A stretch of DNA of 63,966 nt, the filler included, from Porpidia crustulata (Eukaryota): assembly GCA_964255105.1 (NCBI GenBank). It is 4 parts of 4 records of this genome, joined end to end, with 100 filler letters (N's around TTAATTAATTAA, not from the genome) between each part and the next. Parts side by side here need not be neighbours in the genome. Positions count along the whole stretch, not along the records: positions 48,807 to 63,966 come from CAXUWE010000332.1; 3 more parts are not named here. The stretch is one strand, 5' to 3'. Below are positions 49,283-61,415 of the stretch, in pieces; within the stretch, counting starts at the first letter, position 1; the number at the start of each line of letters is the position of its first letter. The translations under genes and the position numbers were made by a program. The notes under the pieces are model-generated. The model saw only the letters and a program-made list of their open reading frames with translations, was not told where the DNA came from and did no database searches.

Positions 49283-50043
49283 TCTATCTTTTATCCCTAG
49301 TTTTCTTGTTCGACGGGGTTAGGAGAAACGACAACGCATCGGGAGGCGTTTAGCAAGGGGTATCCTGATCTGGAGCACGAGGGACGTTCACCACGAGCGT
49401 ACGGAATGTCAGGCGTATTGTAAATATAATCCGCGCGTCTGCGGCACTTATAACTCATGAAAACTCGAAAAATTGTATAGCTCGCCGCTGCTAAGCCCCG
49501 GTCGGCCATCATATACCATATAAGTATCTACTCGTAAAATACCACCACCATCATTACCCTGTAACCATCATGAGTCCCTAAAAAAGCCTCCAAGCCTCCA
49601 AGCCCCAAAGCCAGAGACCCACGCACCCCGGATCCCTATCCATCCTACTCAAAACAAGCAATCCGACCATCCAAACCGCCCCCCCCCCTTTCTTCTCATC
49701 AACGAATTCCTCGACCAAGCGGTAAAAAAAACAGGCCGTACTCATTTCTACCGATGCCCAAAAAGCGCTGCAGCGTAATACCCAGGACCGTTCATTAAGG
49801 CGTCAGTCGTCGTAAAAAAAGGCACCGTTCCCATCCAATATCCCCTGTCCCCTATCCCTGTTCCCGTCCGTGTAACACGTTCGTGCCGTTCCGTTCCGAG
49901 CAATGCAAGGCCAAAAAAAGACATCCATAAAAAGGTGCGGCAAAAACGCTACTGATAAATCCTCGCAAAACGATATCGAAAACAAGCGGCAGTTTGGAAG
50001 CCGGTCCGGTCCGGGGGTCAAAAAACTTCTCCGTCACCCTGGC

Positions 50044-53000
50044 TTATTCGAGCTCCTTGCTCTTGACCCTGATGGCGTCATCGCTCATGCAGGCCATCCA
50101 CAAACACCTCGTCAGCGCGCCCTCGACTGGCCGGAAGTTGTACTTGGCGCTCGCGTCAATCAAGCGCAGGAGGCTCTTGACGATCGTCGCCGTTCGGCGA
50201 TGGCGCTCAAAGTTGATTAGGGGCTCGCCGTCGCGAGTGCTGGCAATTTGCGACGGTTTCTGGGAATTATAGGTGAGGTCGTGGATGTAGAGGGCTGCGG
50301 ATGGGTGTCAGTAGGGATCAAAGGCTGGAGTTGAACGTACTGGTTGACTTACCAACAACGGGTATACAGCCTTCTTCGGAATTGGCCGTTTCCATTTCTT
50401 CTCTCAGATTATGGAAGTTCTTGATAGGCGTGATTAGTGTTTCCAATTCTTCAAGTGCCTCCTTCTCGGCCGTAGGCACCAGTTCCCACGTCTTGGTTAA
50501 CCTCGAACAATCGATTGAAGTCAAAGCTATTGTGATTTGTAGCAATGTGGCGTAATTATGAATCTTCCTGGCATGCTTCGCAATATGGATGTACTTTACG
50601 ATGCAAAGCGCGCGCTCGTCGATATTCTGTGTCAAGACAATCTGTGAGAGCGCCCATTTGACTATGATATTAAAGCGGGCAGTAACAAGTTCGATTCCGC
50701 TAGGCTCTTGGGTTCGGAGATAGTCCACCCAATTCAGAGTTGACGGCGATGTATGGTGCCAACACATGTCGATTAGGTCTTGCCAGTTGATCTCGTTCAA
50801 AGCATCCTTCTCAATGAGCGTGAATTGTTCCGCGAGTACCTCAGAGCTGAATGCTAGGACAAAGGGAAGATGTCTGTGGTTTGATATTGTGCTGGGCACA
50901 GTGTCCGATGGCCTTTGCGATGCTGGAGAGGTAGACTTCTTTCGCGCAATCTCTATAGCTGGCTGGATAGGCCTACTGACGGGCGACGGCTCAGGAGTCG
51001 GAGGCTTTCGCTGATCTTGAATTTGGGTTGTTAGCGCCGCAATTGCCATTGCATGTTCGGTAGTCATGGGAGGCGAGGGTGGATGTGATGGCGACGACCA
51101 GTGAGCATTCGGTATAGGGGAATCTTGAAAGTCTTGCTGACGTCCCTCTTGAGCAACCCGGGCGTCATGGCCATGGATAAATGCCTCACGATCCTCGTCG
51201 TCCATGGAGATCTCTGAAGAGAAATCGCTGAGGAACTCATCTTCATCAAGGAGAAAAGAATCCGTTGTGGTCGGAACAGAGGATAAATATCTGATCCTTC
51301 TCGAACCGTAGGTCTCTTTTGAAGGTGCATACGATTGGCGAGACGATGCGGGTTGGTGCGATCGATGGCTTTCTCTGGGGCTAAAGAGTGGTTGTGGCAT
51401 CGTGACTTTAGACTGATCAGATGCAACCTCGGTTCTCTTATTGGACTTAGTGCTCAGACCTCGTTCCAGTAGTGGCATAGAGTTGTACGACTCCTCCGAT
51501 TCCGCGTAAAGACTCAAGGCTGCGGTATGTCGGTGTCCAAGGCCTTCGTCCATTGCTTGGGAAATCTCTCCTTTGTGAACGGCTATCGCTGGAATATCAG
51601 ATACCTTAGGGACATCGCGCTGATTGTCAAATATTGGGCCCTGGGCGGTTTGCAATCCCTTTGTAGCAGGGTCGGTTGTTGCTTCGTCTTCCCTAGGCGC
51701 GAGTTGCTCAGACGAGTTTGTCTTTGTGGGATCCGATGGACTTCTCCGATACTTGCCCTCCAGCTTCAATAAAGTGGCCTCAATACCACCCTCATCGTCA
51801 TCCGGTATCGCAGCAAAACCCGCAACAGCAGCTTCGAATGAGGGACGTAAAGCTGGCTGCGAGGAGTGAGTACGCACCAAAGATGACTCTTTGGCTTTGT
51901 CGGAGGCTATTCCTGCTGGAGCTTTCTGAGGTAAGGGTGGCGCCTTGAAGCTTGATGTATTCCTCCCAGTTTGAGTTCTATACAATCCTGAACTATGCAT
52001 AGACTCTGTGTATGTAGCGATAGAGCCAGTTGACCGAGGCCGTTGGACCGGCTCCAGATCGTGCACGTTCTCATTGGCGCGTAAGTTACCCCCGGGACGT
52101 CTCCGTAGCAGCCTCGCTGGGGCCCTTTCATTCGAAGCTCGCACAGGAGAAACGGAGACTATCGTTGCGTCGAAGCTTTGATCCACAGGATTTCTGGCTA
52201 TACTGCTCTGCAAGGACGTGCACTTGCGTAGCGAATGTTTCCCTGAATTGGTGGATCGAGATCTGCCAAGTGGCATTCTCATCGGGCTTTGCTGGTCAGA
52301 TGGCATTGTTAGACCGGTATCATTAGTGGTCTCGAAACCAGAACTTTCCAAAACAGAGTCTGCAGCGGGCGGGCTGCTTTGGGGAAGAGGTGAGTATGCA
52401 CCTGGGACGTCTTGAAGATGGCCTTGGTGGTCGTGTACGATAGGGAGAGGTGCTGTTGCAGGGGCTGCTGGTAAAGTGGGTGTCACGGATTGTGATCTTG
52501 TGGACTGGGAACGTCCGGCTTCAAATACCTGTTGGTCTACTGTATATCCGTTGTAGTTGACAGGCATGGCAGGTAATGGCTGTACCGGACCAGTGTCGTC
52601 GACGATGAGAATTGATTTGCTGCCATTGGTGACTTCGCTACGCATCCTGACGGCTGTAATAGGCCGAACATCCTCAACGGGTTTTCGAGCATCGCAGGGA
52701 TCTTGTACGAAATCCGTACTTCTGGCTATTCCTATGCTACTGGCTGGCTGCGAGTAATCCTTCGGTTCTTCCATCAGGGCACGCTTGAATTCTTCAGCAA
52801 CATCGGCACAGAGAAGATCTATACGAGAATGTTTCTTTAAAGCCTCAAGTTGGGCCCGATCAAGCTTGCCATCTTCCTGGTATGTCACATTCACAGGTAA
52901 GCTTGAGCTCTTGCCATCCAAAGGCCCACTACATAGGCTTTGGCTAGACTGGTGACCGGTGCTCTGTTTGCTGCTCAGAGCGCGGCGAATGCTGCCGATC

Positions 53001-55334
53001 AAGTATTTAACCCCAGGGCTCAGGGGTTTGTTGCTATAGGGGCTATCGCCGTCAACGTCGCGCGCGAGTATGTTTGGTAAATCGAACGCCGACGTTGAAG
53101 GTGCAAAATCGTGAATATAAGGAGAGCCAGGTGGTATCATGCTGCCACGAATCAAACTGCCAGAATATGGGAACGCCATCACCACTTGCTCCTTTGATCG
53201 ATCCGCCTTGGTCGTAGGCATTGATGTACGCTTATCCCTTGCAGCATCCGAGAAGCTTCCACTTCTCTGATGGCCGGGTTTTGCAGGGAGCTTCTCATTT
53301 GAGAGTGCTGATGGGGACGCAAGACCAACTCGACCCATAGCCATGGAGATCGGTACTGGATGCACACCTCCAAATTTCTTGACGCCTCTTGCGGGTAGGG
53401 TGCAAGATAGTACTTGGATACTCTGCTCGCTCATCGGAGATGCGGGTGAACTGTGCGTGGTTGCAACAGACACTTGCCTATTGTGTCCGTTGGCCCATTG
53501 AGCATCTGCTTCCTGAACGGCGTCGACCCAATTGCTTGTAGCTGACACCGAGCTCTCCGGCTCCAGAGTCGTAACGATCTGTGGTGACGTGGTGTCGTCT
53601 CCTCTACCCCATAGCTGGCTATCGCGGCTCCCTGCGACCCCTCCAGGACTGATATCCAGATCATGACGCCCCCCCGCATCCATCAATGGATTATCCCAGT
53701 ACAAGGCACAGCGCCCATTCCAGCACTTCTTTAGATCGAGGATTAATTTCAGATCGCTAAGTCCGTGAACAGATCTTTCCCGGACCGTTCTTGACATCTC
53801 GTTAAGGCGTTGGCAAAACTTCACTCGTAGGTCGCGGTCTGTAACAAAGTCGTATGGGAAGTAGTTTAGTACCCAATGTCTGAGAGCAGCAAAGGCCCGA
53901 ACTCTAATAACGCGGCCATCATCATCGAACTTGTTGATCGCCCACTCAAATCGTGCTAGTAAGTATGCCAAGAGATCATGTGTAGAAAGGTAGGCACGAA
54001 CGGTAAGGAAGAAATCCGAAAGCAGCTCATAATCCAGGAAATTCTTGGATGTTATCTGAGCAATAATTCGAGCAGGCGAACCGGCAATAACATCTTTTGT
54101 GCCTGGAGCATACCGTACCACAGCAGGATCATCTAGATTCAGCGCCAGAATGTCAAAAATCCCGGGTCGAATTGGTTCTTTGGATTGGTGAAATGCTGGT
54201 GAAGAAGTCGCACAAGGAAGCGTGGCATTTCCTCCAATCGGGGCGACGTGAACCGAATAGGGCTGTGGAGATGTATGGGAGTGTCGGCGCGATAACACTG
54301 CACTTGACTTCATGCCGGGAGGGTTTGGAAATAATCTATCATACTCTGGGGCGGAAAAGGTGGAAGACTGGGTATCTTCTGCTGTTGACGCCCTTGTGTA
54401 CACGGAGCTGTGCAGAATTGCAGTACCCCCGGTGCTGAATCTTGGAGTCCCGAGTCTGTAATGCGGAATCGGGACCTCTAAGGTTGGCAACACCACTTTG
54501 TTGGGATCAACATTCGTCGAAGTCGCGTGCGTGATGACAACTTTGAAGGCTCCGGGTCCTAATTCCTGGGTGCCAATCTGGCTATTAGTTTCTGACATGG
54601 AATGAGTTCGAGTCCGTGGTACACTTTGCCGTGATGTCGAATTCGATCGGTATGACGTTGGATTTGCACGTCGAGGCCTCGTTGGTGTTTTGGTACCCTG
54701 GGTATCAGACCACGTACTAGCACGCCACTGCTCACTATCGGGAGCAGCATTGTTGAGGGTGTCTCCATTAGTCGCAGTAATAGGTGGTATCGGAGGGGTT
54801 TGGTGTATTGGCCGCTCTGTGGGTTTGGAGGGTCTGAAAGCAATGAATATCAATACCTTGTTCGCTATTTCACACCAGCCAAACCAATACACCATTTCCG
54901 TCCATACAGTCGGGGGCTTACCGGAGGTATATCATTCCGTTGTTCCCAACATTCGCGACGGTGAATTGTCGGCCTTCTCTTGCACCCAAGGGTCCTTCCG
55001 GCACGAGATCTTTCGCGGCCCTTCTCCTTGATCGCTGTCGCAAAACTTCGGTGCTATTCTTGACGTGGCGCAGAGAGGTCTGACGGCCTCTGCCCGGTAT
55101 CCTTTCTGACGAATTCTTCTTCACAATGTTTGTTCGCTCCGTCTCATGCCGTGGATCCAACACGATGTCCTTACGATGTACTTCCTCTCTGGTGGCGGCG
55201 ACAAAGTTCAGGATTCGTCCGCTCGGCTTGCGGCTCACCGAAGTCGAGAGCTCATCGAGTCTGAAGGAAGGCGTGGGGTTGTCTGGCTTCGGTGACGCCG
55301 CGAGTAATGCTTGAGTGTATGAATATGTAGGCAT
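50044..55334 (-). CDS. LTE1: Lte1-like RasGEF (REM domain plus CDC25 domain), 3 exons
   Basis: REM domain (LDYELLSDFFLT.R, ALRHWVLNYF..DF) and CDC25 domain (LAEQFTLIEKDAL.EI.W, NYATLLQI..AL, GCIPVV|ALYIHDL..N, LINFE). Introns 54834-54921 and 50295-50352; stop TAA at 50044-50046. Confidence 0.87.
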
Positions 55335-57820
55335 GGTCGGAATCGTGCAAACCGAACGTGTTCCCAGGAAACTTCCGCCGAAATCCGCAATACTCAATCA
55401 CCTTTCCTACTTTTCACGACTTTGTGGGGATTTCTGTCATCGAGGTGCGACCGGGCTGAGACGGTGGAGTGGCTGCGGTCACGACGGTCGCTTGAAGTCA
55501 ACGTCTTTCAAAGGACAGACGGAAATCCTCATGGTTGCATGTTCGAGTCTGTTCACTTGTGACAGAATGACAAGCTGTACACGACTTCTCAAGACGTTCG
55601 GTACCCGTCTGAAGGGAGTAGTCGTAAGCGTTGAACGATGGCACTTGGAGGTTGGATCGCAGGAGGTGAGGGGGATTACCTAGGTGCGGCAGAGGGAGTA
55701 GTCTGGCCTACTAACGAGCGCCGAGACTACACCTGACTGCGCAGGGGTAAGAACAGGCTATTGATTCTGCTCAATCAACGCCCCTCCGAGCAACCATCAA
55801 TCACTATTCCTCACTAATGACTATTAGACGAGGAGGCCGGAAGGATGTGGCTGCTGGCTGCTGGCTGCTAAGTGCTTGAGGAATCGCACCAGAATGAATC
55901 AAAATAGAATAATTACAATGTACGAGTTTACGGATAGCCAGGAGGTGTGTTCCGAGGTGGAATCCAGTTTAGACTCTCGTAGCAGATTTCAAATTCTGAA
56001 TTCACGACTACCAGTAAATTCCGTCGAATTGTTGTCCTCCCACCTTGAGGAAGTATGGAAGGGACGACTTGTTGGTTCTCTACTCTTAGTCATGGCGCTT
56101 CGTACTCGCACAAACAAATCCCGAAGTCATACAGACCACTTTTCGTGGATGACTAATGTCCCAACCATAAATGCCGCAACAATGGTGGTATATAAACAGC
56201 ACAAGTTGCATTGAAACCCCATCCGTGCATATTTGGTTAATTGAAACGGGGAAAATGGCGTATGCTTGGCTGTTCTGATGGCGCACTCTGGATGCGGACG
56301 GCCTCCCCATCCAGCATTTAGGGCGACCCAAGTGCTCGGACTGCAGGGTCATCCCATTGATGACCAAATTGCAGGATTCGTGGATTCTCATCCCCAAGTT
56401 GCCGGCCTGAGCGAGCGGAAGTCTAACGCTTTATCCGGGCATCACTGGGGGAAGAGCCGGTCGATCCTCCTCGGGAGTCCATGAATCTTGCTTGTTCGCC
56501 AAATCTCTGGGTCCGACAAGTCCTGCCGATCCCAGATGAAGCTTGTACCGTACCCACGGTTTGACACTCGGACACAACGTGGATGACCCGACAGGAACTG
56601 CTTACCGTTGTTGATCTCCCATCCTTTTCCAAGTACCCACTTCCGTAGACTTGGTGAGTGATGATGTTTGCAGCCCAAACCTACCTCCCCCACGCCCATC
56701 GCCATCATAGTAGTAGTATGAGCACACCTTCGTCAGCAATGTGATAAGTGGTGTGACAACCAAAATTAAATTCTTTTCCTGTTCTCTCTCGGCCTCGCCA
56801 CTGCCAAATCATTTGGTCAAGATCGACCACCGTATCGTCCATTCGAGTATTATCGTTAGCCTCGAAATATCAGAACGTTCTCGATCGTCTCTTTGGATTA
56901 ATGATAACATTTAATCTCATCTCAACCACTACCAAACCCATTTCAAAATATTTTTATTGTCGATCCCCCAGCTCATTCGAACCATAGATCTTGTTGTCTC
57001 CCACCTGGCTCTTTACAAGGCAGCTAGCAAGCGCCAAGATTGAACATAATGACATCTGCGCTACAAACGCGCGGAAGAGGACGAGAGAGGTCCTTGCATG
57101 AGCATCGAAGAACTTGTGATACCTCAAGAGTTCATGCTCTGACGTCACACCTCCAAGTCCTTGTTGTCGCAGCTACCAGCGGCGTTGGTACCACAACTAC
57201 CTTACCTACAGTGCCTACATACGTAAGATCATATAGGCCGATGACCAAAGTCTCCTGTCAATCACAATTCCCCCGATCGCTGTTCCTGACCTCTCTCCGA
57301 TTCCACTATTTTGTCCCAACCGCTGCTACTGCGCTTTCCAGAACCCCTCGTATCATCAACTTCCCCAAGCCTTCCTTATTTCACCTTTTAACACGTATCG
57401 AGCCTGAAACGAAAAACTTCCTGCTCGACGGACTCAGTTCCACTTAAACCATTCCTCCCATCCCAACTACCGCTGTTCAGCCTCGTAATGTAATTCCAAT
57501 GGCCTCAGATCTTGTGCTGGGACTGCGACCCACATTGACATTTTCCGATAGTATCATTCTTATCAGTTCTGTCTATGCCATTGGGAGAGTAGGATACGAT
57601 ACCGTGGTAAGAAATTGTGTCTTCAGGTTTATGTGGCAGAGTTATGGCGATGAAGCGAGGTGGGATCTTTGGTTGTGATTGAGGGGTCAGAGGAACTCGC
57701 AAAGTGGGCTGAGGCGGTGATGAGGTTTCTTGTACTGGGTTGCTGAATAGAAGAAGATAAATAGCTCGGCTTTATCGACTTGCTATGAAATCCCGAGCTT
57801 CTCGAGGCAAGACGACCTTC

Positions 57821-59002
57821 TCAGGTAGTGGCGAATTGGGCGCTATATCTGCCTCCTGGGCGCTTCTCCCAAACGGATTGGGTGTTTGATTTTGCTCTCG
57901 CCAAGAGCGCAGCTGCTCGTGCGTGCTCGGCTTGCTCGCGCTTGTCGCGCTCCTTGCGAAGCTTTGCCATGGGATCTTCGTGCTTCGAGCTACCATGGTC
58001 ACGATGTTCGTTCGACATCATTTCTCTGCTGCGACTACGGTGATGGCGGTGGGAGTGGTGCTTGCTTATATCACGGCTACGGTTCCGATGGCGACGTCGA
58101 GTGCTAGAGGTCCGCTCGTTACTACGAACCCTTCGTTTGCTGTGGTCGTCTTTCGGAGGACCCTCAAGACTGAAGCCATTTAACTCATCATCATCATCTC
58201 GTATTTTCCTTCTCCTCTTCCGCTGCTTCTCTGACTCTATCAATTCCACAATTTCCTGCGCTCTTTCCTCCTTCCACCGCTTCCTCTCCCTTTCAACCTC
58301 CCTGAGACCAGCGACTCCCTTGTGTATGGCGGCCAACGGATCATCAGCTGCTATTCTCATCTTCTCTCTTTCTTTCCTCCGTGGATCCTCGTTTCCCCAC
58401 GCATCTCTTGCTAGAGGCTCTTCTCCGTCGCCCGCCGTACTCATAGAATGATACCAAGGTTTCTGGCCCACCGCTTGCTTGAAGCCCGCTGCATTTGAGA
58501 AACGCATGGTATACTGATCCTCAAATTCCGTCTTCTTTTTTGCCGATTCAGCTTCAGCATCGGAGTTCTTTGGCGCGTTGTGTTTGGATCCGTCCATAGG
58601 GAAAAGGTTGATGTGCCCCGTTCCATCCGTCAGGGGCGCATTACTGCTCTTGGGAGTCACGATCTGTAATTCTAACTTGGCTGGCGTCGTAGTATTAGCT
58701 TCTTGTGCGTATCGAATATCTCTTTCTGTGTCATCCTCGCCGGCAATTCTCCTCCGTTTACGTTCTCGCCTCGGCGTATCCCGGCTGTCATTTAGGTCTT
58801 TTGCTTGCTCAGTGGAAGTTGGAGGTGCATCTGCTCGTAAGCCTCGCAACACCTGGATTCGTCGCTCAGCATCAACCTCTTGCATGCGCTGTTCTTCGGC
58901 TTCCTCGCGGGCGGTGGCGGCTGCTTCATCGCGTTTGACTTTGGCAATGTTGTCGGCGTTGTAGACATTCCAGGACTTCTTACCGAGCAGGTGCAGCGGC
59001 AT
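57821..59002 (-). CDS. Cir_N-domain protein (CBF1-interacting corepressor N-terminal; LENG1-like), probably splicing-associated
   Basis: N-terminal LLGKKSWNVYNADNIAKVKRDEA, then GHINLF, DQYTMRFSNAAG, DDPLA, an RS/H-rich tail and GRYSAQF. Confidence 0.82.
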   Translation of the reverse strand: MPLHLLGKKSWNVYNADNIAKVKRDEAAATAREEAEEQRMQEVDAERRIQVLRGLRADAPPTSTEQAKDLNDSRDTPRRERKRRRIAGEDDTERDIRYAQEANTTTPAKLELQIVTPKSSNAPLTDGTGHINLFPMDGSKHNAPKNSDAEAESAKKKTEFEDQYTMRFSNAAGFKQAVGQKPWYHSMSTAGDGEEPLARDAWGNEDPRRKEREKMRIAADDPLAAIHKGVAGLREVERERKRWKEERAQEIVELIESEKQRKRRRKIRDDDDELNGFSLEGPPKDDHSKRRVRSNERTSSTRRRHRNRSRDISKHHSHRHHRSRSREMMSNEHRDHGSSKHEDPMAKLRKERDKREQAEHARAAALLARAKSNTQSVWEKRPGGRYSAQFATT

Positions 59003-59649
59003 ATTGACGGTACGTGTAAGGACTTCAGTGAGCCACCGTTAGAAGAATCGGCGACATTTCCTTTAGTAATAATAGACTCAGGATTCAGAACCGCAATGTG
59101 AAAATTATGACGCGACAAGCATTCCTCGCTTTAAATTACATTACCTTATCTTAGCGAAAACTCTAGCTCGACCGAGGCGGACCGTAGAAACGTAGTTGGT
59201 AGTCTAGACTAGTATACCATGCCACGCATGCATAATTCTTGTGCTCAGAAGGCCATTTCTCAACTGTATGCATCCGGAAATTGTTTCTTTGAATCTTGCT
59301 TTTATATCAGCAATTCAAAGATCAAGTTTGCCTGGTATCAAATGACCACGCTGCAAGATTTATGACAATTGCTGAACAAGGGTGAAGTAAGATAATAAGT
59401 GTAGATAACATTGGTTCAACAGTTTAATGCCATTCCATCCTAACATGGAAGTTATCCGGACGAGCTAATCCTATTGATTATTGCCCGAGCCGTTCAGTCT
59501 GCGTCTGCATCTTTTGTTCCCTCCAGACTTTACCTTATGAAGTATTTAATCCGTCGAATTGCTTGTGACTTCATGCGTATTTCTACAATTTGGTAGTCTG
59601 GACCAGGCTCAGCGTGTAAAGACTTTCGGTTAGGAATCCTCCATCCAGC

Positions 59650-60880
59650 ATGCCTACCCTTTCAAACACCATTGTCTCATCGAGTTTGCTCTTGCTCTCT
59701 GCAGTTGGCGTCTACACAACATGGTATCTTCTTATGAGCAACGGTACAGTTGATCATATGAAAAGCCTTCGAGATGTTGGACCTCGAATGTTGCCTGGAA
59801 CTCGAGAGCCTGTCAAAACCTCGTACGCTGGTATTGAGGCCATCGACTATCAGTTGGGTGTGCTCACCATATTCTTCTGGGAGATGGTCGATGGGTCTCG
59901 TCCAAGTGCCTCTTTATTCGGCTTTTATTTCGGTGGTCAGCTCGCCGTAGGATGGTGTCTCTTCTTACTTGAGGGGGTAAGAAATGGTAATCGTTGGAGA
60001 GTCATATCCTAGTAAGTCAACTTTGACAACAGACCACTATATTCACAGTGCCTGTAATTTGAAGGCTGATTGCAACAGCATGACCATTTGGGGCTTGGCT
60101 GTACAGAAAGTCTCATTTGCAGTGGCAATGCCTCTGTACATGGCTGTTCATCTTTCAACATCTCCCACGTTTGCGTCCCATAAATCGAGTGATTTTATTT
60201 GTGATGTGTCCGAACTTTCCAGTATTCCAATCTCAATGCTTATCGGCTATGTTGTTCCCGCGATTCTTCTCGCTCTACCTACTCCGTCAGTTTTTGATTT
60301 TAATTCAAAACAAGGACTCATGGCCACATGGCAGGCGTTCCCAATCTGGGTGGGATTGTTGCAACAGATCTTGCCCTCTGTATTTTCAAGATTTGGGGTA
60401 TTATCTCGGACCCCGAATCATCCTGAGTCTGTCAGTCTGCGATGGATTAGCACAGCAAGGAAATTTTATAGCAGCATCTTCGTCTTTGCTGGGGCTATTC
60501 ATATATCAACGTTTGCCCTGATAGCGAGTTCACACGCTTTTCCAACTCTTTACAGACCAGAGCATCCGCTCGATCTTTCGATGGTCTTTATGCCGGCATC
60601 CATATCTGCTTCAACTAAGATGACATCTATCGGATCAGGAGCGTTGCAGCTTCTACAGTACGATTTCTTCGTCGGCTCCGCCGCTTCAGTCATCTGGGCC
60701 TCATCGTTGGCATTGAAGAAGAATTACGACGGCGATTCACTCTCGCGATGGATCACGCAAATTTTTTGGTTTATCGTTTTGACAACATTTACAGGACCTT
60801 TTGGATATGTAGTCGCTTGCATCTGGGCTAGAGACGAAGATGCTTTGGTAGAGGTTACGCAGGTTGATAAGGACAGATGA
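59650..60880 (+). CDS. PaxA/AtmA - CtvD/AurD-like integral membrane protein, 2 exons
   Basis: Intron 60012-60078. Motifs YAGIEAIDYQL.VL..FFWEMVDGS.P, LEGVR.GN, ATWQAFPIW, LLQYD and WARDE; many TM segments. Confidence 0.7.
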
Positions 60881-61415
60881 TTTGTCTTGGATGAACAAAG
60901 CGATGAGAGAGCCAGAAACTGCCACGTCCAATTTCAATAATTTCTCGGAGAATACGGTTAAATACAATAGTGCCTGGATATCCTATCAAGTACACGTAGT
61001 AGGTAAGGAATAAAATACGAATATCTGCAATACTTCACGGTACCTCTACGTAACCCATTAGATATTTGTAACCGCTTATTTACTCAGTATCAACTGCTAG
61101 TTCGGCCAAACCCGCAGTCCGGCCACCGTTGCCAAGTGGTGAAGGGTTAGGGCTACATGATCGATTTAAAGCTAGCGTGGCCGAACTGGCAGTGAACACG
61201 TCTAGGAGCCTTTTCCTGCACCCGAAGGCTGCAACATTCATGCCCGAGCTTTAATGCTCCAAATTTCGAAGCTTACATACCTTGATTACAGAAATGCTCT
61301 CAACCTTTAATTTTTCTAGTATCGAGTGCCGGCAGCACACAATCATAACCTGAAACCGTTCAAGTTATGTGATATTTAATATTGCTACGGATCCCTGGTA
61401 CCTCAGGTACGAAAG

